Part shown: positions 1-15,175 of the stretch, one piece after another
How the letters are laid out: each line of letters starts with the position of its first letter
Numbering within the stretch: position 1 is the stretch's first letter
From: Eledone cirrhosa
Taxonomy: Eukaryota
DNA: 64,000 bases
Assembly (NCBI GenBank): GCA_964016885.1
Contig: OZ024753.1
Span: 15,500,001-15,564,000 of the forward strand
Reading direction: 5' to 3'
The notes under the pieces: model-generated
The model's database searches: none
What the model was told of the DNA's origin: nothing
The model's input: only the letters and a program-made list of their open reading frames with translations
Made by a program: the position numbers and the translations under genes

Positions 1-228
1 CGACCCCCAACGGGCTTACTTTCAACAAACTAACGATAATTGATATTTCTACAAGAGATGTTTATTAAATAGGATTGGTTACAATCAGGTGTTGTTCTTT
101 TTGTACTTATTATTCATAGTTCTGTGTTTGTTCCTTTGACGACAATTAATATAGAATACGTAATTTTTTTAATGGTGCATTCAACTGCGCTTTTGTAAAG
201 TTGTGACTAAGTGCTGAAGACTTAATGC

Positions 229-1183
<955 letters not shown>

Positions 1184-1690
1184 ATAAATGGAATAGAATG
1201 AAACGAAATTTCATTTCTCACTCTTAGTACGGGACTTACTTAAATGTATGTATGTATGTATGTATACGTACATACATATATGTATACAGACGTACAGTAG
1301 TATGTATATATATACATACATGCACACATATATATATGCACGTATCGGTTTACCGAACATATATTATAATGCTCGGTTTGTTTGTTTGTAAACAAACAAA
1401 CAGCCAGAATTACGCCGTACAGCGTTTAGGCAACCACGTCACATTTTTGTTCAACACTGACACAGGAACGATGTACTAGTTTCAAGCTTATTAGCTATCG
1501 TCAGCATCGTATACCTTCCTGCCAGATGGTTGAACGTCTGAAAGTATATACTTTCCTTATGCATATTAACGGCCGAGCAGCCCAATTTGCACACCGAGTG
1601 AGTTCAGTCGGCCGGGCGCACCGAAAATGATAAATGCAATAGAATGAAACGAAATTTCATTTCTCACTCTTAGTACGGCACTTTACTAAT
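1184..1690 (-). mobile_element. HHR-bearing repeat unit (~446 bp plus a partial second copy), diverged relative of the 468-bp array
   Basis: ATAAATG.AATAGAATGAAACGAAATTTCATTTCTCACTCTTAGTACGG occurs at 1184 and 1630. It shares motifs with the 60.5-64 kb unit (GCAG.C.AATTTGCA...GTGAGT, TGTAAACA.ACA, GAAACGAAATT) and carries an HHR. Confidence 0.7.
1468..1510 (-). ncRNA. Minimal type-I hammerhead ribozyme
   Basis: Minus strand reads ACGATG-CTGACGA-TAGCTAATAAGCTT-GAAA-CTAG-TA^-CATCGT: 6-bp stem I, palindromic ACTAGT stem III, GUA cleavage triplet. Confidence 0.85.
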
Positions 1691-1930
1691 TTCACGTTAC
1701 TCCAGTTCACTCGGCTGTAGAAATGAGTTGCGATGTCACTTGTGCCAAGCTGTATCGGACATTGCCTTTCCTTTGGACAACATCGGTGGCGTGGAGAGGG
1801 AAGGCTGGTATACATGGGCGACTGCTGGTCTTCCACAAAACAAACCTTGCCCAGGCTTGTGCCTCGGAGGGAAACTTTCTAGGTGCAAAACCCTGGTCAT
1901 TCGTGACCGACTGGGGCCAAAGAAGAAAAA

Positions 1931-1989
<59 letters not shown>

Positions 1990-2074
1990 ACATGTATATG
2001 TATATATATGTATACACACACGTATATATACACATGTATATATATATACGCATATATATATATATATATATATA

Positions 2075-2223
2075 GACACACTGGAAGAGGAGGACCAAGG
2101 TTAACGTATGTTGATGCCCTAAAGACAGACACTGGTCTGTTCGAGACGCAGGACATGGCAGCGATAATGAGGGACAGAGACCTCTGGAGAGAACTCGTCC
2201 ATGGATCTCGGGAATTTTACCCG

Positions 2224-2227
<4 letters not shown>
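2075..2227 (+). mobile_element. RTE-type LINE 3' fragment
   Basis: Translates to [18 protein letters not shown]...[11 protein letters not shown], a typical RTE ORF C-terminus; flanked by (TA)n. Confidence 0.7.
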
Positions 2228-2270
<43 letters not shown>

Positions 2271-2666
2271 TATATAAATACACACATGTACATATGTAGA
2301 ATCAAGACGTATCTAAGGACCTTGCTAATTTCAGAGTCAGGTTCGATCATCACATCGATCGTATTTCGAGCTGGTCGCCAGAGAAACGATTGGAATATGT
2401 CCAATAAATTCCATTCGTCGCAACACTGATTCTCTTTATTTCTGTGATATCATACTCTGCTCTTTAAGCATCCAACACCAATTATATATATATAGTTGTG
2501 TATAGTAGTAGCTATGGTGCTTCCATAGGCGGTATGCCAAAATTAGCGCTCGATAGAGTGTAGATATTATAAAGGAAACGAAAAATCAGTGATTCATCTG
2601 GACTTAGTTTATTTGGTGTTACAAATGTTTCGCAAGTCCAGATGCATCACTGATTTTTCGTTTCCT

Positions 2667-2727
<61 letters not shown>

Positions 2728-2732
<5 letters not shown>

Positions 2733-2920
2733 GAAGGAAATGTGGTAAGGAACCAGGTGGACCATAACGCACCAAAGTACTCAATACTTAGGGTAGTAGA
2801 GTGGGTAATAGGAACGAGTAGGACCCCGACGGCTGAGCTCAAGCCGTTTCGACGGCTAATTCTGGACAGAATTAGCCGTCGAAACGGCTTGAGCTCAGCC
2901 GTCGGGGTCCTACTCGTTCA
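2728..2920. mobile_element. Short fold-back element in (TA)n (family A)
   Basis: GAACGAGTAGGACCCCGACGGCTGAGCTCAAGCCGTTTCGACGGCTAATTCT is followed by its reverse complement. Other copies lie at 27752-28535, 33040-33180 and 56161-56366. Confidence 0.8.
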
Positions 2921-3271
2921 TATATAAATATAGAGAGAGAGAGGGGGAGAGAGAGAGAGGGAGAGTGAGAGAGAACATCTTATAGAAAACTAGTGAGGAG
3001 TAAATCCCAATGAAGTACCCTAAAAGAAACCCTTCCCAAGTATCTTTCCCTAGGGATTAGTTTATGTCTCTGAATGAGATTTTTTAGCGATCTCTTTTCA
3101 TAGACATGGTAGGTATATTCCTGACAAAATTACTGATGTATAATACATATAAATAACTATACATTATATTTATGTATAATCTTAACTATAATAAAGAAAG
3201 GAGTGCGGGACTGCATCCAGAATATAATTTGTTCCCCGTTTGTAAAATAAGTTGGATTACTTTGAATAAAT

Positions 3272-3460
3272 AATTGTTTCTACTTTTGGCACAAGGCCAG
3301 CAATTTACCAGTGCATTACTGGTACTTTATTTTATCGACCCCGTAAGGATGAAAGGCAAAGTGGACCTCGGCGGGATTTGAACTCAGATCGTAAAGGGAC
3401 GTAACTATGCTGGAAAGCATGGCGTCCGACCCTCTACCGATACTGCCAATCCATCACCCT
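3272..3460 (-). mobile_element. tRNA-derived SINE (Meta-domain-like core)
   Basis: Reverse strand has A-box-like TGGCAGTATCGGT, B-box GAGTTCAAATCC and core CTTTGCCTTTCATCCTTACGGGGTCGATAAAATAAAGTACCAG; multicopy in the window. Confidence 0.85.
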
Positions 3461-4683
3461 TTGAATAAATAATGAATGAATATTACATAACTTATCAGCT
3501 AAATTTCGTAGCTTTTGATTAAATATATTTTATTGCTTATTTAAAGATTCACTTCTTTACAATCTTCAAATGTCAACACTTCCGGTTAGCGATCGGTTAA
3601 ATAAACATTCATATATTTCTGTCACTAATTATCTCCTAATGCAGTTTATATATAATATCGTCTTTTTTTAATGTATCATGGATTACGTTACTGATTACAT
3701 AAGACAGTGTAACGCAGTCTTCATTCAATTTCTGTGTATATTGTCAATTACGATTTTATTTGATGTATCATATCTACATGTATATATACTTGCGTATAAT
3801 ATCAATATACACACTACACATGCTAGTAGAAAACTACCGGAAGGGTGGTTTTTCTGCTAATACATACAAATATACATATAAATAACTATACATTATACTT
3901 ATGTATAATACATATGAATATATGACACACTTCTGAACAGCTTTGACCCACTTGTCTGAATCTGCTGTTGGTTAGTGCCAAAGTTCTGGGGATGAATCTT
4001 TGTTTCTATTTCTAAATCAACTTGAGAGATGATCTCAAGTTTTTAGACATGACATTTAACAGGACTTTGAGGAAAGAATTGATTAGCGCGTAGTTGTAGG
4101 AAAGACAATATCGGTGTAAATTGAAGAAGATAAATGATGAGATATTGGAAATAAAAAGAGATACACAGCTGTAATAAAAAAATAAACTATGCTAAATATG
4201 GACAGTATGAGTAGGATGAAGTCAAACTGACCTGACTGCTTTCAGACTGTGACAACACGTCCAACAATTGCCAGTGTGAAAAGTAGACATAAAATGTTAA
4301 TGGTGATGTAATGTGTATTTTACCACTACATGGTTAACTTAACTCGTCTTATCTGGCAGTGGATAAAGTAAACAAAATGATTTTTTTTCACAAAATAAAC
4401 ACACAAACAAAAGGCAAGGCCAGATTAAAAACAAACAAAACGGAAATCCAAAATGAAGCCAGAAAAACTAAACATTGATTGATCTGACGTGTATAGATAC
4501 AATAGTACTGGCAGGGATTGTGTTGTTGTATTTAGTTGATTCAATTTATGTTTGTACTTATTCTTAGCTTTTTATCGGGATTCACAAACAATTGGTCTAA
4601 TTGCTACTACATTGATATGGTTATCATTTGAAAACTAAGGCGAATATATTCATAACAAACATGGAAGTGATAAGGATAGCTTG

Positions 4684-4728
<45 letters not shown>

Positions 4729-4846
4729 CATGTGTATAAATTTACGTATACATATGTATATATATATACATGTGTATAAATTTACGTATATATATGTATC
4801 TATATATATTCATGTGTATAAATTTATGTACGTATATACATAAATT

Positions 4847-4945
<99 letters not shown>

Positions 4946-5075
4946 GAGAAAAACTATAGACCCTCCATTTCATTTTTGAAAAGCAGAAAAACTGCGAAAC
5001 CGGTAAAGGAACCAAATAAATATATATATTTAAAAAAAAAAAACTCCAGTTGCATTTTCGATTTCATCTTTTTTC

Positions 5076-5131
<56 letters not shown>

Positions 5132-5369
5132 CCTCTTGTAAAAAAATCGAATAAGTGAAAGGTCAAAACATAGAAAATGGGAAGTAGTAGGTTGTAGTTC
5201 AGCAAACTTTGATATTTCGGTTTCTAGAGAAGTTTAAACATATACACAATTACACATGGACCTATATATATATATGTATATATATATAAAGCACTGAAAC
5301 AACGTCGAGATGTAACTGTTTGTATTCGTTCATTTTCTTATAAATACATATATACATATATATATATCA

Positions 5370-6390
<1,021 letters not shown>

Positions 6391-6396
<6 letters not shown>

Positions 6397-7305
6397 GAAA
6401 GGTATAGAAAACACTGCAGCGAAAAGCGAACGGCATTCCATAGTATATAAGTGACTATAGCGTCAAAATGGGAAAAATAGTTAACGTAAGATGTGGGAAA
6501 AATAATTTAAACTCATCTTAAAGAGAATCAGGATATAAATTCATCCACAGAATTTAGTGAAATCCAGGGAAAAATCAATAGAGCCTTAACTCGTGATAAA
6601 ATAAAGTTCAAAATACCTATCCTTCAATTTGGAAAAACTTCAAATGCTCTGTACAGTCGTAAGACTATTTCATGAAAACTTTCAGCGGAGATGGTCACGG
6701 TTGCAACTCATCATCAGCAGAGCTCAACTCGATAACCAGGATTCTCGCAGATTAATATACCAAAAAGGGAATTCTAAAGCTGGCCAGTCCAACATCATGC
6801 GTGATCACGAAAAACGCACACGAGGAAAAAATGGCTATTGACGTCAGAATGAGACGAAAGTTTGTTTACAGGAAACAACAGTCAAAAACATTTCGAAAAA
6901 AACTCTACAGTAAGGAGTTCAGCAAAATGCAATATTATCGCAGTTTTTTATAAAAAAAAAACGGGATTAGTCACAAATAATTTAAGCACTCGAGGAAAAA
7001 TCCGAGAGTAAATATATAAATGAAAGGTATAGAAAACACTGCAGCGAAAAGCCAACAGTATTCCATAGTATATATATAAGTGACTATAGCGTCAAAATGG
7101 GAAAAATAGTTAACGTAAGATGTGGGAAAAATAATTTAAACTCATCTTAAAGAGAATAAGGATATAAATTCATCCACAGAATTTAGTGAAATGCAGGGAA
7201 AAATCAATAGAGCCTTAACTCATGATAAAATAAAGTTCAAGATACGTATCCTTCAATTTGGAAAAACTTCAAATGCTCTGTATAGTCGTAAGACTATTTC
7301 ATGAA
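6391..7305 (-). mobile_element. Partial tandem repeat (period ~625 bp) carrying an HHR
   Basis: ATAAATGAAAGGTATAGAAAACACTGCAGCG occurs at 6391 and 7016; the second copy stops at ~7305, inside the ribozyme motif; (TA)n on both sides. Confidence 0.75.
6646..6723 (-). ncRNA. Type-I hammerhead ribozyme motif
   Basis: Minus strand reads GCTCTG-CTGATGA-(39 nt, imperfect stem II)-GAAA-TAGTC-TTAC-GACTG-TA^-CAGAGC. Confidence 0.7.
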
Positions 7306-7381
7306 ATATATATTTCATATATATATATATACAGATATATATATTTATATAGTCACATACACATATATGTATATTATACAA

Positions 7382-7556
7382 ATAATTGTTTCTATTTTTG
7401 GCACAAGGCCAGCAATTACCCAGTGCATTACTGGTACTTTATTTTATCGACCCCGTAAGGATGAAAGGCAAAGTCAACCTCGGCGGGATTTGAACTCAGA
7501 TCATTAAGGGGCGTAACTATGCTGGAAAGCATGGCGTCCAACCCTCTACCGATACT
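7382..7556 (-). mobile_element. tRNA-derived SINE
   Basis: Same family as 3272-3460. Confidence 0.85.
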
Positions 7557-7680
7557 AAATAATACAGGTATGTATATATCCACAGATGCAGACGTTTAAT
7601 TGTACGTAGATACTGAGCTCTATGGGGAACGTGGTCCATCATTGAGTATAATATAACAATTAAGAATATAAATCAGAAGG

Positions 7681-7731
<51 letters not shown>

Positions 7732-7914
7732 AATGATTTCTTTATTGGCCACAAGGGCTGACATCAATAAAAACATTACAGACGGCACAGGACGGTCCGA
7801 TGAGGGTTTTGTGCGTGTAAATATTTTTATTATTTATATAAGAAAAGAAAAAAATACATAGAAACATATATATATATATATAAACAATAAAAATGAAAAT
7901 TGAAACAATGATAA

Positions 7915-8101
7915 TAATTGTTTCTACTTTTGGCACAAGGCCAGCAATTACCCAGTGCATTACTGGTACTTTATTTTATCGACCACGTAAGGATGAAAGG
8001 CAAAGTAAACCTCGGCGGGATTTGAACTCATAATAGCAAGGACCGTAACTCTATGCGTCAAAGCATGGCGTCCGACCCTCTACCGATACTGCCAATCCAC
8101 C
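7915..8101 (-). mobile_element. tRNA-derived SINE
   Basis: Same family as 3272-3460. Confidence 0.85.
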
Positions 8102-8214
8102 GAAACAATGATAATAATAATAATAAATATTATTAATAATAATTTCATTCTTAAGCCACGCAATGTTCACATTAAGGAACCACTCATGATAATAACAATT
8201 TAAAAAACAACAAC

Positions 8215-11200
8215 AAAAGAAAACCCCGTGACCAAGAAATACCGGGATGGCGGCTGGCGGAAAATAGCCGTGTCTCTCGGGGAGGACGACTCCTCTAGTC
8301 TTGGGTGACACTCGTCCTAGAAGTGGTAACACGAAATGATTACCCCTTGGCGGTTAAGGATAAAACGCGACAAAATAAAGTAAATGTCAAATGATAAAAT
8401 CTCAAACCGGATCGGCCGTCACCCGGGTCAAAAAGTGCCGCGTCCCTCAGAGAGGAACCAGACTGGGGTCGAAAAATCAGCTAATGGTTCAAACCTTCCC
8501 ATCACTTCGGAGCTGGAGACCTCCCATAACTGAAATACTCCTACTGTTAGCCGTCCATGCTCACCACCAAGAAATCCAAAGAAAGAGAGAGAAAAATGGT
8601 CAAGGGAAGACAATAAAGAAGTCCTTGAGGCTTTCTACACTGCCATGTACTGCCCATCAAATACATCGAATACAGAACAGACATATATCAACTGGAAAAA
8701 GAAACATCCCGAAAACAGAGGCTATATTGACAGTAACAAACTAGTCAATATACGAAGAAATATTGTTAAAAAGAAGTTACTAACTGATATAGAAATTGAT
8801 CAGATCAAGCTATTAGCACAAAGTCAGCGAAGGGAAAATGAAACATGTGTCAGTGAAAACGAGACATATTGTAACACTTCGAATCCCAGGGTTGGGGCGG
8901 AATCACTGACAACAAAACAAATTAAAGAAAGGATCGAAAAAGTGGAGGGAGTGCATGCTCAAGATGAAACTCAAAATGGAAACAATGAGATCATAAATGA
9001 TAAAGAAATGAATGAGAATGAACTTGCCAACTTGAAGGATGAAATTATGATCGAATGGATGAAAATGAAAGAATCTGACATGGGGGAATGAGACACTCTC
9101 CCTAAGAACCAGAACTCCAAACAGAACCAAAAGATAATACACAAGACTAACATAATTCTCAAAAACATTATCATCACAAACAAGCTAAACATTACTGATC
9201 TAAATCATCTCTATTATACATCGGCTAAAGTCACCACTCACTTATGTGGAGTGAAAATGAAAAAACAAAGGAATTTCTACAAGAAATCTACTTGGCAAGA
9301 GAACATCAATCGCCAAATAAACCTTCTCCGATCTGATATAGAAATTTTAACAAACTACAAAGTAGGTGAACATGTTAAACAAACTAAAATACAGTATAAA
9401 ATCAACAAGTGACATAGACGTGCTGATAGAGATAATCAAGTGTCGGCCAAAGCTGCTCGTATAAGGCGCTTTGAAAAACGATCTAGATTCTATAAGGACA
9501 ATAATATGTTCAAAAACAACCAAAGAAACTTCTACAGAAAAATTGGCAAGTCAACAATAACTGCTAAATCCAAGGAAGAAGTGCAAGAATTCTGGGAAAA
9601 GATTTGGGCCGAAGAAAAAGTTCATAATATACATGCCCCATGGATAGACAGACAAACGAAAGATACAGCTCACCTTGAGGAACAAACATGGGAAAATATA
9701 ACAGTTGAACAGTTGCGTTTGGCTCTAAGAAAAACCAGCAAATGGAAATCCCCAGGAAAAGACAAAATACCAAAGTTTTGGATAAATGCCTTCACAGAGT
9801 CTCATGAGCTGTTAGCCCAAATTTACAATGAAATAGTTAAGGGGCCAGAAAAGATACCATCATGGCTAGTTAACGGCATTACATTCCTACTTCCGAAGAA
9901 TGATGAAACAAACAATCCCAAAAATTATAGACCGAAAACTTGCTTGACCACAGTGTATAAAATTTTAACATTAGTCCTAACTAAATATGCATATCACCAC
10001 CTGATAACAACTGATATATTTCCCAATGAGCAGAAAGGGTGTAAACGAGGCTCATATGGCTGTAAAGATCAGCTTTTGGTTAACAAATTGATACTGGAAG
10101 ATTGTCATAATAGACACAAAAATCTATCAATTGCTTTGATAGATTATAAAAAAGCATTCGATAGTTTGCCAGACAGTTGGATTGAAAAATGTTTAGAGAT
10201 TTTCAAAATATATCCCGTTGTTAGGAGGTTCTTGTCATTCAGTATGAAGACATGGAAAACGACACTCCTTTTGAATAGTGAAAAAAAAATCACTGGAAGC
10301 TGGAGAAGTTAATATTAATTGTGGAATTTTTCAGGGTGACTCTTTATCACCGCTTTTATTCTGCATCGCACTTATACCATTAAGTAAAATGCTCAATGAA
10401 ACAAAACATGGATATAAAGTCTATGAGAAAACCATTAATCACTTGTTCTACATGGATGACCTGAAACTATTTGCAAAAAATCATGAACAATTGCAAGGGG
10501 TATTATCCACTTTGAAGCAGTTCAGTGATGACATTGAAATGGAGTTTTGACTAGATAAATGCGCCAAAGCAACGTTCACCAGAGGAAAGCTGCTGAAAAG
10601 TTCAGACATTAATCTTGATCGGGGGAATGTGATAAGAGAACTTGATCAAGAGGAAACTTACAAATATCTAGGTGTTTGTGAAGGAGACGGAATCAAGAAC
10701 TCGACAATGAGGGAAAGGATAAGGAAGGAATGTTACCACAGAGTAAGAGCAATTTTAAGAACGGAATTTAATGCAAGGAATAGGATCGATGCCATAAACA
10801 CGCTTGCCATACCAATAGTAACCTACAGTTACAATGTCATCAACTGGTCAAGCACAGAGATCCGTAGGCTCGATACAAAAATTAGAAAATTCTTAACCAT
10901 ATACAGAATGCATCATCCTAAGGCAGATAGAGATAGAATATATCTCCCTAGGAAAGAAGGTGGACGTGGGTTAATCCAGTTAGATATTGCGTCGAAAACT
11001 GCAAAAATTGGATTATCTACATATCTAATGGAATCACATGATTGGATGATCAAACTCGTTTTGAAACACGAAAGCATCAAAAGATCATACTCCATTACAA
11101 AAGATGCACAAAGATAGAGTAATGGACTACAAATTTCAGAAGTTTCATATACTGCTGAAATGGAAAACACAGAAAAAGCAAAGCAGGTAAAAGTAACTGC

Positions 11201-12145
11201 AAAGAAAGAACTGCTACAGAAACTGGCTAAGAAATGGCAAGAAAAGCCTCTGTATGGAAAATACCCAGAAAGAGCTAACAATCCTGATGTTGACAAAACT
11301 TTAACCCATCAGTGGTTGGCATCCTCTGGACTGAAATCGGAGACTGAAGGACTGATTATATCAGCACAAGATCAGTGTCTGTCAACAAAAAATGACCAAG
11401 CCAACATAATAAAAAATGGATGCAACCCATTATGCCGTGTATGTAAAAAGCAACCAAAGACCATTGATCATATAATTTCAATGTGCAGTCCTATAGCTCC
11501 AACCGAATACCTAAACATGCACGACAGAGCTGCACAATACATACATTGGATAATGTGTAAGCATTTTGACCTGCCCCATCAACAGAATTTGTGGGAGCAT
11601 CAACCACCTCCCATACTTGAAAAAGTTCACATCTCAATCTTGTGGAACTTTAGCATCCAAACAGACCGAAAAATAGATGCAAATAGACCTGATTTTAATA
11701 CTGAAGGATTTTAAAAAGAGGGTATGTCTGCTAATTGATATGTCCGTTCCAATAGACGAGAATGTATCTATAAAAACATTTGAAAAATTGAGCAAGTATA
11801 AGGACCACGAGATAGAAATTGGAAAAATGTGGAAATTGAGAACTAAAACAATACCAGTGGTTGTAGGCGCTCTGGGAATGATACCTAAGGGATCTAATGA
11901 TTACTTATCGCAAATCCCAGGAAACCAGCGGTATAGGAGAAATACAAAAGATAGTACTAATGGGAACTGCCCATATACTAAGGAAGATTCTGTCAATATA
12001 AGTACATCACAAGTCTAAACACCTAAAGATGCATGTGTGTGTATGTATGTTCTTTCTTGAACATGGTGGACCTTGTTGTCTCTTTAGGTCACTGGTTGTG
12101 ACTTGGTGATAACTCGTATGAACATAAAGCAAGATAAATGCAACT

Positions 12146-12183
<38 letters not shown>
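8215..12183 (+). mobile_element. R4/Dong-clade non-LTR retrotransposon (RT + restriction-like endonuclease), near full length, decayed
   Basis: N-terminal KWSREDNKEV motif; RT motifs KSPGKD, NYRP, EQKG, IDYKKAFDS, GIFQGDSLSPLLF, YMDD, YKYLG; CCHC knuckle CRVC...HIISMC; RLE motifs RPD and K..KY; ends in (AAT)n. The 5' boundary is approximate. Confidence 0.92.
8575..12000 (+). pseudogene. Dong/R4 single ORF broken by several stops and frameshifts
   Basis: Consecutive ORF fragments 8645-9091, 9440-10312, 10278-10550, 10629-11117, 11160-11714 and 11677-12018 reconstruct one RT-RLE protein. Confidence 0.9.
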
Positions 12184-12184
<1 letters not shown>

Positions 12185-12635
12185 TTTTCTTTATTAACCA
12201 CAAGGGTTTACATAAAGTAGACATTAAGGACAGTACAGGACAATACAGGACAATACAGGACGGTACAAATGGGCATTTCTGCGTGTAAAAAAAACAGAGG
12301 ATGAAATAAAATAACAAAGAAAAATTCCCCAATAGAGGGGAGACTTCCGAGGGACATTTGTCGAGAAAGCCCATCAAAAGACCACAGTGGCCCTGACCAC
12401 CAGGGCAAGTGCCCTCTCCCAGTTTTCCACTTTTAATTTACAGACACATACTCAGAGTAGGCCCATTCATTCGGGCCATACTTGCTTCTCTCACCCATCT
12501 TTCAACAAAATGCTGGGAAGAGAGCACTTCCCTCTCTACCCTGATTTTCCTTTTCAGATGAAATTTGAAAAAGTTAATCAGGGCATCACCGAAGAGGTAA
12601 GTGCTCGTCTTCAGCCCTTTCAAACGTGTCCACCA
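12184..12635 (-). mobile_element. Tx1/L1-like LINE 3' end fragment
   Basis: Minus strand reads WWTRLKGL...FFKFHLKRKIRVERE...FVERW, then a 3' UTR. A related 3' UTR piece lies at 7738-7860. Both abut (AAT)n. Confidence 0.55.
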
Positions 12636-12859
12636 TAATAATAATAATAATAATAATAATAGTAGAATAATAAGAATAATAAAGAAGTCCTTGTATGCTT
12701 AGTTCTTCTTCCCGTGCGCCCAATGTATTTTGCATTCCCACTTCACAATGGAGTCAACATTAGGGGATATTTTGGCAAATGAGTGCCATGGAGATCAGAG
12801 AATCACTCCAGGTAGAGCCGCTGCTTCTCCGGATTGAGAGATCACAGTTCTGATACTAT

Positions 12860-13120
12860 AGGCACATGGTTATAATTTCTCAGGTAAGAATCACTGGACA
12901 AATTTTACGGGGAAACCAGCCGGCAGGAGACCCAGGAGTAGATGCCAAGAAAAATGGTTGGATAACATCCACGAGCTTGGCTGGTCTCGCTTGGAGATCC
13001 AGGTGGATCAGTTGGAGATGGTTCCTTCTGACAGGACCTGCTGGAAGGAGTGTTTGAGGACCTTGACCCCGACGACCCTCTCAGGAATAAGTGGGAGAAG
13101 AATAAGAATAAGAAGAAGAT
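12860..13120 (+). mobile_element. RTE-type LINE 3' fragment
   Basis: GRRPRSRCQEKWLDNI...DRTCWKECL followed by a short (AAGAAT)n tail. Confidence 0.55.
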
Positions 13121-13261
13121 GACCCTATGCCATAAAATCGGGGCATTCCTTCGTTAATGCAGCATAACTAGAAGTTACTTGCCCTTCCTTCAAATTCACA
13201 CGAGTCTTTCCAATCATTCGCACGTTTCAGAATTCTTCGTTATAACATCGATATATTTACA

Positions 13262-13334
<73 letters not shown>

Positions 13335-13503
13335 TATCCAGTTGATGAAAGTTGGTTGATTATTTGATCAACCAACTTTTTCATAGACAGACATAAAGCA
13401 CTCAATTTGTATTCCTTAGGAATTTCTCTGTAAGGTATCAGCCGGAATTTTTAACTAATAACTAAGAGAGACGGTTTTATTCGTACATCTTTATTTTATT
13501 ACA

Positions 13504-13582
13504 TCATTCTATTACACGTATTTCGAAGATGCCAGAGTGGTTACATAATAAGCGCCTGGCATGTTTTCATCAGATGGAGTAA
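13504..13582 (-). ncRNA. Hammerhead motif with degenerate stem I
   Basis: Minus strand reads TACTCCAT-CTGATGA-AAACATGCCAG...CTGGCATCTTC-GAAA-TACGTG-TA-ATAGAATG. Confidence 0.55.
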
Positions 13583-13812
13583 GAGGTATTTCCCTATCCA
13601 TTGATATGTTTCTTGTTTCACGTGGTGTTTACATCGCTGGCCAGAAGGATTTTACAATTTAGGCTATACATCTAGGTCTATATATGGACACAGACTATAG
13701 GAAATGTTTCATAACATTTCAAACAACTCGATGTACAACTATTCCGAAACATGTGTAAGGAAATACATATGGATTTTAAAATGAGAGAAGTTTATTTTTC
13801 CATCGATATATT

Positions 13813-13931
13813 TGTGCGCGCGTGTGTGTGTGTGAGGGGTGTGTATATTTATGTATATGTGTGTCTGTGTGGGCGGGTGTATGTGTGTATGTGTGGGCGG
13901 GTGTATGTGTGTCTGTGTGGGCGGGTGTATA

Positions 13932-14014
<83 letters not shown>

Positions 14015-15135
14015 TGTCGTATTAGCACTGACTTAGTTAAAAGAATGGTTATCATACATAAACATTATATATGCATCCATCTATTACCCTATATGTGTAT
14101 GTGTGTGTGCATGCGTGTGTGTATGTGGGTGGGCGTGCGTGTGCGTATGTGTGTCTGTGGGTGTGTGTGGATATGTACGTGTGTGCGTGTATATGTGTGT
14201 ATGTATCCTTGTTTATGTGTGTATCTGTGTCTGTGTGTGTATGTATAAGTATGTATGTATGTGTGTATGTATAAGTATGTGTGTGTGTGTCTGTGTGTGT
14301 GTGTCTGTGTGTCTGTGTGTGTATGTGTGTGTATGTTTGTGTGTATGTCTGTGTGTCTGTCTGTGTGTGTGTGTATGTGTCTGTCTCTGTGTGTGTATGT
14401 GTGTGTGTGTCTGTGTGTGTTTGTGTGTGTGTGTATGTGTGTAATTATATGTGTCTGTGTGTGTGTGTGTGTATGAGTGTATGAGTATGTGTGTGTGTGT
14501 GCGTGTATGAGTGTGTATGAGTATGTGTATGTGCGTATATATGAGTATGTGTGTGTGTCTCTATGAATATGTGTGTCTGTCTGTGTGTGTGTGTCTATGT
14601 GTGTGTGTGTGTATGTATGCATGAGTATGTGTGTGTATGAGTGTGTATTTCTAAGTATGTGTGTGTGTCTGTATGAGTATGTGTATGTGTGTATGTATGA
14701 GTATGTGTATGTGTGTGTGTGTCTGTGTATGTATAAGTATGTGTGTGTGTGTCTGCATGAGTATGTGTATGTATGAGTATGTGTATGTGTATGTGTATGT
14801 GTGTCTGTGTATATATAAGTATGTGTGTGTGTGTCTGCATGAGTATGTGTATGTGTGTATGTATGAGTATGTGTGTGTGTGTCTCTGTGTATGTATAAGT
14901 ATGTGTGTGTGTGTCTGCATGAGTATGTGTGTGTCTACATGAGTATGTGTATGTGTGTATGTATGTGTATGTGTATGTGTGCCTCTACACTTAATCATAT
15001 ACTTCAGTAAGAAATACGAACGATTCTTTACAATTACCTGGTAACGAGAGTTTTGAAACATTGCAAGAAAAATATATATTTCTGCTTGTCTTTCAGCTCG
15101 CTTACATAACAATGCCCCTCCATTGTTCTACACAC

Positions 15136-15175
<40 letters not shown>

